A stretch of DNA of 64,000 nucleotides, taken from positions 1,426,001-1,490,000 of the forward strand of contig CATOCA020000001.1 in NCBI GenBank assembly GCA_951406725.2, given 5' to 3'. Numbering within the stretch: position 1 is the first letter of the stretch; every line of letters starts with the position of its first letter. Below are positions 1-13,411 of this stretch, in pieces. The notes beneath the pieces were generated by a model. That model did not search any database. It was not told the DNA's origin and worked only from the letters and a program-made list of their open reading frames with translations. Made by a program: the position numbers and the translations under genes. Source of the DNA: Octopus vulgaris (taxonomy: Eukaryota).

Positions 1-118
1 TATAAAATAATGTTTAAGTTTACCGTAAATAGTCCTTTTACATTTTACATACTGAACACTGCTTGGTAAAATTGTTAATTACAAATCAATTAATTAAATT
101 TACCCTTATTATTATTAG

Positions 119-768
<650 letters not shown>

Positions 769-1029
769 TGGATAAAACCATTATGTGAAATATCGATCTT
801 ATCCGATGGCTTGCATGGGAATAAAAATCTCAACGTTAATAATTGATTATTGAAATTATAATTAAGGGTATCTAAGAGATACCACCACGCCAGAAATAGC
901 ACCCAAAACTTGACACTGAAACCGCATTAATGTGGTTTTAGAGTAAAGTTTTGGCTGCTATTTCCAGCGTCGTGTTATCTCTTAGAAACCATTAAATTAA
1001 AGTTATATATATATACATATATATATATA

Positions 1030-2515
1030 TTTTTTCTAGTTTCAGCTCAGAGCTGCGGCCATGCTGATGCATCGCCGTTTTGTGCTACACTGTTCTTACG
1101 AAGAACCTCGTCTAATATGTGGCACTTGGTGAAGAATGGAGTTCGATATAGCTCCTCTCATTTGCACCTCTTGCCGTGAGGTAGGTTCATCTGGGACTCT
1201 TGACAGGAAGATGTTCAGCTATGATTTAAAAACCGCTACATCTACTTTGTGCAAGTTCTTCAGACTCTTTGTGAGAATATTAAAAAGTTGTGGGCCCTTG
1301 AATCCCAGGCTTTTGCAGAAGCTGGTCCTGAAGCGTGATGGCACTATGCAGTGTCGTCCCGCTCTAGCATTGGTGTAGCTTACAATGCCAAAATTTGGCA
1401 CAATTCCTTCCAGGATCTTCCAAACATATATTGCTGCATACCTCTCCCGTTTTCTCTCCAGGGAGTAGAGTCTTAGCTGTTTCAACCTTTCCCAGTAGCT
1501 GAGCTGTTGCAAAGAGACGATCCTCTTTGTGAATCTTCTCTGGATTGCTTCAAGGTCCGCTGTTAATTTCACACTGGTGGGTGACCATAGCTGTGAGCAG
1601 TAATCCATGCGGCTGAGGACGAATGTCCGCCAGAGGACCAACATCGTTTCCTTATCTCTGGTTCTGAATGTTCTTAGGATCCATCCATCCAGTCGTCTGC
1701 ACTTTGTCGCAATCCTGGTAATGTGCACTTGGAAAGAGGTATCATCACTCATGTCGATACCCAGATCCCTCACAGACTTAGGCTCTGGGATTGAAATTCC
1801 CTGTGGACCGGTGTATCCTGTAAGTTTAATATTCAGTTTTGGATGCTGGTAGCGCAGGGCCTGGAATTTTTCAGCATTAAGCTGCATATTATTATCTTCA
1901 GCCCATCTGTAGATTGAGTCCAATTCCTGCTACAGGTGTGCAACATCGCTGGGGTTCTGTATTTTCTGCGAGAATTTCGTATCGTCTGCATAGCTTGCCA
2001 GAGTGGCTATCCGGGCATATCTGAGAGGGCCACTATAAAAAGCAGTGGTCCCAAGACAGTGCTCTGTGGAACACCGCTCACTATTTGTGTGTTCATAGAG
2101 GTGGCTCCATTAACCACTACTGCCTGACTCCTATCTTTCAGGAAGTCATGTAACCACACTCCAAGTTTTCCAGCTATGCCGAGGTCACGCAGTTTGTGGC
2201 ATATCATACCATGATCCACCTTGTCAAAAGCTTTTGAAAAATCAAGGTAGATTACGTCCACATTTGATTTGTTGAGTAATTGTCTCAACACCCAGTCATA
2301 ATGTTGTAAGAGCTGGGTCAGGCAGTTCCTACCTGGTCGAAAACCATGCTGGGTATCACTCAGCAAGTTATTTTCCTCAAGGAATGCGATTAGTTTCATT
2401 CTGACTATCCGTTCCAGGAATTTGCTGATGTGTGAAATCAGAGAGATAGGCCTATAGTTTTTGTCATCTGCTCTACTTCCCTCTTTATGTATTGGGTATA
2501 TTATTCTTCAGCTTG
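1030..2515 (-). mobile_element. 5'-truncated, frameshifted CR1-type LINE (RT and C-terminus)
   Basis: ORF 2007-2399 has QHGFRPGR, YLDFSKAFDKVDH and SGVPQ. YADD at 1981-1992. ORF 1219-1923 has LEAIQRRFTK...YWERLKQLRLYSLER. 3' tail near 1030-1080. Confidence 0.93.
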
Positions 2516-2763
2516 CTATATATATATATAACGGAAGTTAATTAGTCCGATGGGGATTTCCAAAGTTAAAACGCTGACGAAAATGCGAACTTTGGTAATT
2601 AACGATTAACGGTTTCGTGCCTAGATTTATATTTGTTTTTGTTTTGATTTTTGTGAATTCTCCCTATATAGATATTAGTTATTAATATTTGAGAGAATAA
2701 AATCCAAAAGATGGTGTAATTTAAATGTTCATTTTGAATTGGTAAAAGGTGTTTTTTTTAAAA

Positions 2764-2823
<60 letters not shown>

Positions 2824-3174
2824 TTAAATTAGAGATAAAACCACTATTAGGAAAATCAAACTGTGAAAAACATAAACCAAAACATAGAAATAAAAACAAT
2901 TAATATAATATACAAAATATATAAAATATAAAATTTTAATTATTTAAATTGAAAGTTAAAAATTTAAGATTATTAATTTATATTTATAAATTTATATATA
3001 TATATATTTATTTAATTTTTTTTATTAAATATATATAACTATCAAAAAGTATTAAAAATTTAATATAAGATAAATATATATGTATGCATGTATGTATGTA
3101 TGTATGTATGTATGTATGTATGTATGTATGTATGTATGTATGTATGTATGTATGTATGTATGTATGTATGTATG

Positions 3175-3645
3175 TGCAAGCCATTCAAACACAACTCTAA
3201 TCCGATTTTCACTCATACACACAGAAACTTTTTCTGCATTAATCGAACAGTAAAGAACGAAAGCCAAAAAATCTCTTATGATAGTATAAATATAATTACT
3301 AACATGCGTGGTATTCGTTGTTTATTTCTGATCATGGCTTAGATAGAATTGTAAAACTTTAAAATATGACAGCCAAGATAAGATGGACGGTAAAACTGTA
3401 CTTATTATAGATACTTGAACAGGGATCGGAAAGGCAGTGGCAGAACATCTATCACAAGGAACTAGAGTTATATTAACATACTGTAACTTAACTAAAGCGA
3501 ACACAGCAGCCGATGAAATGCTTTCTTCAACTGGTGTTTATTGGAAAATGATCAAATTTTCGTTCTTAATTGTTCGGTTGATGCAGAAAAAGTTTTTGTG
3601 TGTATGCGTGAAAATCGGATTAGGGTTGTGTTTGAATGGCTTGCA
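3175..3645. mobile_element. MITE with ~90-bp terminal inverted repeats, probably Tc1/mariner-type
   Basis: TGCAAGCCATTCAAACACAACTCTAATCCGATTTTC at the left end is matched by its reverse complement ending at 3645, followed by TA. No coding capacity. Confidence 0.8.
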
Positions 3646-3707
3646 TATACATACATACATACATACATACATACATACATACATACATACATACATACAT
3701 ACATACA

Positions 3708-3872
3708 GGCACAGGAGTGGATGTGTGGTAAGTAGCTTGCTAACCAAGAACTTGGTTCCGGGTTCAGTCCCACTGCGTGACATCTTGGCCAAGTGTCTTC
3801 TGCTATAGCCCCGGGCCGACCAATGCCTTGTGAGTGGATTTGGTAGACGGAAACTGAAAGAAGCCTGTCGTA

Positions 3873-3913
<41 letters not shown>

Positions 3914-4136
3914 TTGTGTGTCTGTGTTTGTCCCCCTAGCATTGCTTGACAACCGATGCTGGTGTGTTTACGTCCCCGTCACCTAGCGGTTCGGCAAAAA
4001 GAGACCGATACAATAAGTACTGGGCTTACAAAGAATAAGTCCCGGGGTCGATTTGCTCGTCTAAAGGCTGTGCTCCAGCATGGCCACAGTCAAATGACTG
4101 AAACAAGCAAAAGAGTAAAAGAGAGAGTAAAGAGTA
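3708..4136 (+). mobile_element. tRNA-derived SINE (family A), full length
   Basis: A-box-like TGTGTGGTAAG and B-box-like GGTTCAGTCCC, body GTGAGTGGATTTGGTAGACGGAAACTGAAAGAAGCC, internal TA/TG repeat, tail GCTCCAGCATGGCC...(AAGAGT)n. Four more copies in the window. Confidence 0.9.
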
Positions 4137-4276
4137 AATTAAAAAATACCAAGTTCTGGGTTCGATTCATTCGAAGCACATTTCTTCAAGGAATTGCTCC
4201 AGCATTGCCGCAGTCTAATGATTGAAATAAACCCGGATTCGCCGGATATTTATTTCGGTACTGTAATATAATGGAT

Positions 4277-4697
4277 GGATTTTTTCGGTTTGAACGGCAG
4301 TTTTTAAGATAATTTCTAGGTAACAAAAAAATTTTAAACTTCGTATACTGGTAGAATTTGTTTATAAAACATCTTTTTCTCTTGACTTTATTGAGAAAAT
4401 TCTACAGTTTGTAAGATATTTGTTGTTTTTTTCTTCAATTTCTGCAATTTCAACCAATCAGTGGCGTCCAGTGAGGTAAAAACTCATTCTGTGCCCTATG
4501 AATATGTCCCTCGTTTAAGAAGCAAACTGGGTATATTTACATTTGTGAAGAAAAAAGATACACTTCCCCCACCCCTAACCCTAACCCTAACCCTGAAATA
4601 GATTGAAATGCAATAGATCGATACTAGGGTCAGAATTATGGGTGACATTTTCATATGACACCGCTAGAAAAAACTGCCGTTCAAACTGAACAGATCC
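4277..4697. mobile_element. MITE with ~28-bp TIRs and internal (CCCTAA)3; GG termini and 8-bp TSD (Merlin-like or hAT-like)
   Basis: GGATTTTTTCGGTTTGAACGGCAG...CTGCCGTTCAAACTGAACAGATCC. Flanks TAATGGAT and TAATGGTT match 7/8. Second copy at 11096-11486. Confidence 0.8.
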
Positions 4698-5042
4698 TAA
4701 TGGTTATAAACCCAAACTCGACCATCAAAGTTTAAAATGTTTTAATCGAATAAAAATACAGCAAAACCAAACTTCAACGCAATAACAGTTTTATGCAGCG
4801 AGTTGCTACATTCTCGACGAACTAAAATCAAAGCTGCACACGTCGTGCCGCAAACAGAACAGAACTCCGCGCAGCCGCACTGGAAGGTACATAATGGCAA
4901 TCGAGACGATCAAAATCACGTGATCAAAGCTAAACTCACAATTTGTCTCTTTTTTAAGCTTCAGTCGTCATTCTGAAGAATCGACCTCATTCCTTATTAT
5001 TATTATTATTATTATTATGATTATTATTATTATAATTATCAC

Positions 5043-5093
<51 letters not shown>

Positions 5094-5096
5094 CAA

Positions 5097-5130
<34 letters not shown>

Positions 5131-5133
<3 letters not shown>

Positions 5134-7062
5134 TTTTTTTTTTTTTTTCTTCTTTCAAATTTTCTTCCATTTCTTGCCGAGTGTCTTCCCGACTCCTAGG
5201 GCAAAGAAACTCATAGTGTATATTGGTAGGCCATTAAACCAAACTCAGTAGTTCGTTCATTTAAAAAATTTTTTTTTTTTAAAGTTAAATTAAAATACAT
5301 GAGCAGCAACAGTTCTCACATCGACAATGCTCTTCTCAATACGTGTGATGTACCAGTTAAGACAATCTTTTGCACTTCTTGCAGGGATGGTAAGCCAGGG
5401 ATCATTCTCATATAATTTTCGGTTCCCTTCTTGATCATTCCTAGTGCTCCTACGATCACTGGTATTGTAACCGCCTTGAGATGCCACATTTTCTCAATTT
5501 CAATGAGTAGGTCTTTATATTTTCTGAGCTTGTCAAACTCTTTCGCTGAGATATTATGATCACAGGGGATGCTCATGTCGATCAATAAGCAAACTTTATT
5601 GTTTTGGTCTTTCACAACAATATCTGGTTTATTGGCCTTGATGGTTCGGTCTGTATGTACTGGAAAGTCCCACAGAATGGTTACATTTTCTCCTTCAGTT
5701 ACAGCCTCAGGGTGGTGATTATACCACTTGTCGGCAGTTTTGATATTGTAATGCCGACTTATTAGCCAGTGGAGATATTGGCCAACTCTGTCATGTCTTA
5801 ATTTATACTCCACTGGTGCTAAGACTTTACATCCAGAGATTAGGTGGTCCACTGTTTCAATCATGTCGTTGCAGAATCGGCATTTTGGGTCTGCTCCATT
5901 TTCATCATATTGGCCTGGTAGTTCCGGGTTAAGAGGCTTTGGTCTTGAGCAGCCAGGATGAAACCTTCGCTCTCTGCTTTTAGCCCTGAGCTCCGCAGCC
6001 ACTGATGGGTTTGCTTCTGGTCAACATCAGCTTGTTTGCTGCGGGTCACATATTTGCCGTGCAGAGGTTTCTCCTCCAACCTATCAGCCAATTGCTCGTG
6101 CGCTTTTTTCATTGCCATCATTTTCACCTTCTTTGCAACAATAGTTGCCGTACTTCCCTCGGGTTGTTCAGTTTGGGTATCCTGCACGAGATCAATAGCA
6201 AATTTTTTGCTTTCCTTGAGATAGAATGAAGCTTCTTTCGTCTCTCGTGATTTTCCACGAGCTTTAGCATCCAGTCATTCGATATTTCGAGATATTTGGC
6301 CAGTCCAATTGTGGTTGTTTTGTAAGCTAGTTCAAATTGGATCAGGCCTCGACCTCCTTGGGCTCTGGGAAGGTAAAGGCGATCTACGTCTGCCTTTGGG
6401 TGGTGCATCCTATTACAACTCAGCAGCTTGCGTATTTTTCTATCTATATTCTTTACTTCACTCATATTCCAGTTCAACACATTGTAGCTATAAGTAACAA
6501 CTGGAACTGCTAAAGAATTTATAGCTAACACCTTGTTAGGTGCATTTAGTTCAGATTTCAGGATTGCACGAACTCTCCTATAACATTCCTTCCTGATTTT
6601 CTCTTTCATGCTTGCATGCTGAATATCAGAGCCTTCATTTATCCCTAAATATTTGTATGTTTGTTCTTGCTCAAGCTCTCTTATGACTGTGTCAACATCT
6701 AACACGACTGAATTTGTGGTCTTCACTTTCCCTTTCTGGAAAGTGGCCTTGGCACACTTCTCAAGTCCAAACTCCATCCCGATGTCATCGCTGAATGCTT
6801 TCACGGTGCGCAATAGGCCTTCAAGTTCATTATTGTCTTTACCATAAAGTTCTAAGTCATCCATATAAAATAGATGTCTTATTTTTTTATTGGCATTTTA
6901 TACCCATACCCTGTTCTGTTTAATTCACTTGTAAGGGGTATTAGGGCTATGCAGAATATTAAAGGTGAAAGTGAGTCACCTTGAAAAATTCCACAGTTGA
7001 TGTTTATATTTTCTGAGGCAAGTACTCCATTAGAGTGGTATAATTGGAGATTCGTATTCCAC
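5131..7062 (-). mobile_element. 5'-truncated R4/Dong-type LINE (RT, CCHC finger, restriction-like endonuclease) inside an (ATT)n tract
   Basis: YMDD at 6856-6867, CRFCNDMIETVDHLISGC zinc motif, KPDIVVKD...LIDMSIP PD-(D/E)xK motif, T-run tail at ~5132, frameshifts between ORFs. Confidence 0.92.
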
Positions 7063-7107
<45 letters not shown>

Positions 7108-7136
7108 CATTATTATTATTATTATTATTATTATAT

Positions 7137-7508
7137 AGGAGAAGAGAATTAATACACTCGAGATTTTGTGTTGGAGAAGACTTTTACGGATTCCATGGAC
7201 AGCGAGACTCACCAATGGAGAAATTTTTAAGCAAATAAGGCCGAAAATGTCGCTAGAAGCTAGGATCACCAAGCATAGATTGGCATATTTCGGTCATATT
7301 ATGCGGAGAAAATCCCTGGAGGAGGACATCATGCTCGGAATGGTCAGTGGCAAGAGAGGAAGAGGCCGACCAAGAACCCGCTGGCTTCACACCATCAAGA
7401 GTGATACCGGAATGGACATGGCCAGTCTGAAAGAAGCGGCCCAGGATAGAACTGACTTTAGGACACTGATCCAACGAGTGACCGAGAGTCGACTTCCAAT
7501 GAGCGGAT
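7137..7508 (+). mobile_element. 3' fragment of RTE-clade LINE
   Basis: CWRRLLRIPWTAR...YFGHIMRR...GKRGRGRPRTRW...AQDR is typical of the RTE C-terminus. Confidence 0.88.
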
Positions 7509-7509
7509 A

Positions 7510-8701
7510 TCAAAATATATATAAAACTGAGAATGTGTGTCTGTCTGTCGGTCTTCAGTCTGTGTGTTTCCCTAAAACTTGAGAACTACACAACCAATTT
7601 CATTCACATTTTACACAAGCCTTACTTAGGGTCCGGGGAGTGTCATCGGCAAAATTTTTTGTTTACTTTTTGCCGAGGGCGAGCCCACAGCAATATCATA
7701 TCTTCTCCACTACGATTCCCTAAAATTTGAGAACTACACAACCAATTCCATTCAAATTTTACACATGCCTTACTTAGGGTCCATGTAGTTTCATGGGCAA
7801 AGTAAATGTTCACATTCTTGCCTAGAGCGAGCCCATAGCAACATCATATCTTCTCCACTATTTCAGTATTACGTGTTAAAAGTGAAACAAAAACGTTTCT
7901 CTATTTTATGTCAGATACTTTCACTTTAACAATAAAAATAATAATTACAATTGAATTGAATGTAGTAAGTAATAATTAAAATCAAACTATAATATAATCG
8001 TAACATAACAAAAGTAAAAATAGCAATTGGTATAAAATTGCATCAATGACTCGAACTTGAATAAGTGGTTTCTCATGAATGGGAATAAATAAAAAATAAA
8101 ATTAGCCTGCAGAAATGGAATAGTCCAGATGGATAATAAAAAATTAAATTAAAGAAAAGACTATTGTCTATAAAGTATACAATGTAGAGAAAAAAGAAGA
8201 TTTGAATACCTGGAGGAAAGCACCTTCGAAAAGTGTCGTGGTGCGACTATGAAAGGTATCTAATCAGAGGCGGAAAATTCGCCACAATAGAAGCAAGGTT
8301 TGAGTCAACGGAGCGTGCAAGGGAGTACTCGACTCGAACTTGCAAAGTGGAAATATTCTATCTTTACCTTTATATCTGGGACGTAGGACGTCCCGGAAAA
8401 AAAATTTTAAATGCACCCTCTCCCCACCAGAAGTAGAGATAGGCTGGATTGTAGCCACACTTCTATACAAAAGGGAGGACAAGATACAATTGATCGAAAG
8501 TACAAGAGACGGGCTAACAATTCCAGTCTGTTATATATTTTGTGTATTGTTATCACTAGCGATATCAAAATATAACTTTGTATTTTGTATTTTATGTGTA
8601 GATGTATACATATAGATGTACATAGTACATGTACACATACATATGCACATATATACATGCACTAGAACTATGACCCGGCAACGACGGGTCTTTAATGCTA
8701 G
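7510..8701 (+). mobile_element. Non-autonomous Helitron
   Basis: 5' A|TC...ATATATAAAACTGAGAATG start, subterminal hairpin GACCCG...CGGGTC at 8672-8690, CTAG|T end at 8698-8701. Related copies at 11967 and 12211. Confidence 0.8.
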
Positions 8702-8731
8702 TAGATATATATATATATATGTATATGTATA

Positions 8732-8777
<46 letters not shown>

Positions 8778-9184
8778 TACTCTTTTACTCTGTTACTTGT
8801 TTCAGTCATTTTACTGTGGCCATGCTAGAGCACCGACTTTAGTCGAGCAAATCGACTCCAGGACTTATTCTTTGTAAGCCTAGTACTTATTCTATCGGTC
8901 TCTTTTGCCGAACCGCTAAGTTACGGGGACGTAAACACACCAGCATCGGTTGTGAAGCGATGTTGGGGAGACAAACACAGACACACAAACACATACACAC
9001 ACATACATTTATATACATATATACGACGGGCTTCTTTCAGTTTCCATCTACCAAATCCACTCACAAGGCTTTGGTCGGCCAAAGACTATAGTAGAAGACA
9101 CTTGCCCAAGGTGCCACGTAGTGGGACTGAACCTGGAACCATGTGGTTGGTAAGCAAGCTACTTACCACACAGCCACTCCTACC
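8778..9184 (-). mobile_element. SINE family A
   Basis: Reverse complement of the 3708-4136 element. Confidence 0.9.
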
Positions 9185-9267
9185 TTCATCTTTATTCCAG
9201 TTGTTGGGCCGTGGTTATGCTGGAGCAACACCTCGAACAAATTTAGTCGATTTATTCGACTGAAAAC

Positions 9268-9341
9268 CAGCTGGAAACCGTTCAGCGTCGTGCAACCGAG
9301 AGAAAACCCTCCTTAGGCATTTGCCATATTCTGGACGCCTT
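9268..9341 (+). mobile_element. Tiny CR1 fragment
   Basis: Reads LETVQRRAT...HLPYSGRL, similar to 38850-38925. Confidence 0.55.
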
Positions 9342-9342
9342 A

Positions 9343-9850
9343 CCGTAAATCCTCGAATATATTCCGCCCTTCAGTATAATACGTAGGGGATTTTTAGGGG
9401 ACTGTACCTCTGAGAAACCTAAACCTTGTGTATAACTTGAGTCAAGGAGGTCTATAAAATGTCCTTGCTTTGTAAAAAGGTATATGGTAACGTCCTTAAT
9501 TATTATTGTATACATAACATAATGCAAACATGTAGCTTTTTTGTGCATTTTGTTTGTAGAAAATAAAGAAATAACAGTAATAACGTCAGTGAAAAATAAA
9601 TATTAAGTAAATTGCCTTTACATATTTATCACTATTAGTTACAAAAGCAAAGTCATTTATTCAAATCCTTCAAATTCAACCTCTCTTTCAGCATCAAATA
9701 ACTGTTCTATTTGTTCCCCCGTAAACATGTCATCGTCAGATTCATAGTCAACATCAGACGATTCCCTTTCATTTATTTCATCTTTCCATACAACGTCATC
9801 CCGTGCAGACGACATACAACATTTGATGCAGACGACATACAACATTTGAT
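9343..9850 (-). mobile_element. pogo-like DNA transposon 3' remnant
   Basis: TA|CCGTAAATCCTCG terminus. Acidic C-terminal peptide ...SDVDYESDDD...EFEGFE* (stop at 9657) resembles pogo-family transposase tails. Confidence 0.55.
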
Positions 9851-10069
9851 AAAACTTTCCTAACACCAACCACTCAGCAGAATGGACCGAGTGCTTTTTA
9901 TGTGGCACCAGCACCGGCAGGGTCACCAAATAACTTGGAAGACAAGGAATTCTGAGAGGGGGAGGGGACATTTAAGGAGGGGATCTTGTGTCGGATGAGG
10001 AAAGGTTAGAGTGAGACAGAAAGACAGAAACAGGTGGGTAGCTGTAGGGGAGGTACAAGGTTACTCAGC

Positions 10070-10880
10070 CAGATAGAGTGAAGGTGACAGAGAAGGGAAA
10101 GAGGGAGAAATAGTGAAGGAAAGAGGGAGGGAGGGGTGTGAGTAAGAGGGGGAGAGGGTGGGAGAGATGGAGAAAGGGAGAAAGGGCAGGGCGGAAGTAA
10201 GAGTGAGAGAGGGTGGGAGAGAGAGAGGGAGAGAGGGTAGGAAAGTGAATGAGAGGGATAGAGTGAGAGAGCAGAGGCAGAGAGAGGAAGAGGGAGAGAG
10301 AGAGGAGATGAGACAGAGTGGGAGGGAGGGTGAGAGAGAGGAGAGATGGAGAGAGAGAGGGGAGACGGAGAGAGAGTGACGGAGAAAAGAGCGGAGAGGG
10401 GGCGAGGGGAGGGGGCGAAAGGGCGAGAGACAGAGGGAGAGAGGGGGAAAGACAGAGGGAGAGAGAGAAAAGGAAAGATGGAGAGGGGAGAGAGAGGGAG
10501 AGAGAACGAGGACGGAAGCAAGTGTGTTGCTGTAGAGGAGATGCATGGTTAGAGAGAGAGAGAGGAGGGGAGAAAGAGGAGGAGTGAGGAAGAGAGAGAG
10601 AGTGCTAGAGAGAGCAGGAGAACGATAATGGTGAAGTGTCGGGGGAGTGCAGAACATAGAAAGGGTGATAGAGTAAAGGAAGAGAGAGAGAGAGAGAGAG
10701 AGAAATGGCAGCAAGTGGGAGGGGAATAGCGTGGAGGTAGAGGGAGGCTACGATATAAGTGGCAGGACATTGCCAAGGAAACGCGAGAAGGTAGCGGGAG
10801 GCAGAGACTAATGAGATCATGGGTATATAGAGGGAGGGAGGGAGGGATAGGAATGATAGAGAGAGCAGAGCGGGGGGGGA
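10070..10880. repeat. Polypurine (GA-rich) low-complexity tract
   Basis: Strongly A/G-biased on the + strand for ~800 bp. Confidence 0.9.
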
Positions 10881-11095
10881 CAGCATTCGTCACTGCAGCG
10901 CATAAGGGACTTGCTTACTGGACTGGTCAAAGGGAGAATACTCGAGCTTGCCGATCCACAAGGTTTATTATTTGTTTACTAATTACCTGCCCCTGATGGA
11001 TTTCTACCGCCAGCTTCAAGAGGTATATGCCCCCCCCCCACCGTCATTAAGGGTGCTGAGTCGTTCATAGGGTTAAGTGTCTTATATATGCGAAT

Positions 11096-11486
11096 GGATC
11101 TTTTCGGTTTGAACGGCAGTGTTTTCTAGCGGTGTCATATGAAATTGTCACCCATAATTATGACCCTAGTATTTTAGGGTTAGGGGTGGGGGAAGGGTAT
11201 CTTTTTTTTCAGAAATGTAAATAAACGCAATCTGTTTCTTAAACGAGGGACATATTCATACGGCACAGAATGTTTTTTTTTTACCTCAATAGACGTCATT
11301 GATTGGTTGAAATTGCAGAAATTGAAGGAAAAAAACAACAAATATCTTACAAACTATAGAATTTTCTCAATAAAGCCAAGAGAAAAAGATGTTTTATAAA
11401 CACATTCTACCAGAATACGTAGTTTAAAACTGTTTAGTTACGTGGAAATTATTTAAAAAAAACTGCCGTTCAAACCGAATATATCC
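11096..11486. mobile_element. Second copy (opposite orientation) of the 4277-4697 MITE
   Basis: Same TIRs; internal sequence is the reverse complement, with TTAGGG remnants. Confidence 0.82.
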
Positions 11487-11545
11487 CACTCTATGAGGGT
11501 ACATATGCTGAACTGCATATCAATATATATATATATATATATATA

Positions 11546-11956
11546 TTACTCTTTTTACTTGTTTCAGTCATCTAACTGCGGCCATGCTGGAGCACCGCCT
11601 TTAATCGAGCAACTCGACCCCGGGGCTTATTCTATTCTAAGCCCAGTACTTATTCTATCGGTCTCTTTTGCCGAACCACTAAGTAACGGAGACATAAAAA
11701 CACTAGCATCGGTTGTCAAGAAATTCTAAGGGGACAAACACAGACACACAAACACACACACGCATATATATATATATATATATATACATATATACGACGG
11801 GCTTCTTTCAGTTTCCGTCTACCAAATCCACTCACAAGGCTTTGGTCGGCCCGAGGCTATAGTAGAAGACACTTGCCCAAGGTGCCACGCAGTGGGACTG
11901 AACCCGGGACCATGTGACTGGTAAACAAGCTACTTACCACACAGCCATCCTGCGCC
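11546..11956 (-). mobile_element. SINE family A
   Basis: Reverse complement of 3708-4136. Confidence 0.9.
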
Positions 11957-11966
11957 TATATATATA

Positions 11967-12777
11967 TCTTTATATATATAAATCTGAGAATGCGTGTCTG
12001 TCTGTCTGTCTGTGTATTTCCCCAAAACTTGAGAACTACACAACCAATTTCATTCAAATTTTACACATGCCTTACTTAGGGTCCGGGGAGTGTCATCGAC
12101 AAAAAATATAAATGCTTTCAATTCAATTTTGACCATCCTTGAAACCCATTTAACACAATATGCACACACAAGTAAAAACCGTAATTAATTATGAAATTTA
12201 CCACCATTAATCTTTATATATATAAAACTGAGAATGTCTGTCTGTCAGTCTGTGTGTTTCCCTAAAACCTGAGAACTACACAACCAATTTCATTCAAATT
12301 TTACACATGCCTTACTTAGGGTCCGGGGAGTGTAATCGGCAAAATTTTTTTTACTTTTTGCCGCGGGCGAGCCCACAGCAACATCATATGTTCTCCACTA
12401 GGAATACTCGACTCGAACTTGCAAAGTGGAAATATTTTATTCTTTCCTTTATATCTGGGACGTAGGACGTGCCGGAAAAAACTTTACAAAGGCCCCCTCC
12501 CCCCCACCACAAGCAGAAGTAGTCTGGATTGTAGCCACACTTCTATACAAGAGGGAGGACAAGATACAATTGATCGAAATTACAAGAGACGGGCTAACAA
12601 TTCCAGTCTGTTATATATTTTGTGTATTGTTATCACTAGCGATATCAAGATATAACTTTGTATTTTGTATTTTATGTGTAGATGTATATAGATGTACATG
12701 TAATATGTACAAATATATATACACATGCATACATGCACTAGCAGTATGACCTGGCAACGACGTGTCTTTAATGCTAG
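11967..12777 (+). mobile_element. Nested or tandem non-autonomous Helitrons (5' ends at 11967 and 12211, 3' CTAG at 12777)
   Basis: Two TCTTTATATATATAAA..TGAGAATG starts. The second is an internally deleted version of 7510-8701 with the same hairpin and CTAG end. Confidence 0.78.
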
Positions 12778-12840
<63 letters not shown>

Positions 12841-12969
12841 TATAATTAAGGGCTAAAGAGGGTTATTCTAAAGCCAATACACTGATTTATCCACTTATAA
12901 TCCACTTGTTACAGGAAAATTGAAACTGAAAACGGGCAACTAACCTTTAGAAAATTTAAATTTCGTTAT

Positions 12970-13030
12970 CTCTATATTGAATCAATTTCGGAATTAATCT
13001 TATAAAAGATATATTCTTTCCTCAGTAGAG
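12970..13030 (-). ncRNA. Minimal type I hammerhead ribozyme motif (inverted copy)
   Basis: Same fold on the minus strand with core CTGAGGA. Confidence 0.62.
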
Positions 13031-13350
13031 CTTTCGATGGGATATAAATAAAATACTCACGTATGATCATGGAAAAAGCACAAGCTAAAAACATAACTAC
13101 ACTTGAGTACATCACTTATATCTAAAAATAAAAATTCATCTTATATTGTTAGTAGTAAACTCGCTGCTTGCTACGGGAGGACCGGTAACCATTACAATTT
13201 CTAGCGGCGAAAGGTCAAGACGTTGTTTCTGAGGCTGACCAAAGAATTTTTATTTTTAGATATAAGTGAAGTAATCAAGTGTAGTTATGTTTTTAGCTTG
13301 TGCTTTTTCCATGATCATACGTGAGTATTTTATTTATATCCCATCGAAAG

Positions 13351-13411
13351 CTCTACTGAAGAAAGAATATATCTTTTATAAGATTAATTCCGAAATTGAT
13401 TCAATATAGAG
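13351..13411 (+). ncRNA. Minimal type I hammerhead ribozyme motif
   Basis: CTCTA-CTGAAGA-[stem II GAAT..ATTC with inner ATCT/AGAT]-GAA-ATTG-att-CAAT-A-TAGAG. Stems I and III pair; the base of stem II is imperfect. Confidence 0.65.

Noticed and set aside
3708-3780. tRNA gene
   Set aside because: The tRNA-like boxes are the SINE head and continue into the SINE body in all copies.
4573-4594. Telomere or chromosome fusion site
   Set aside because: Only three units, internal to a repeated MITE.
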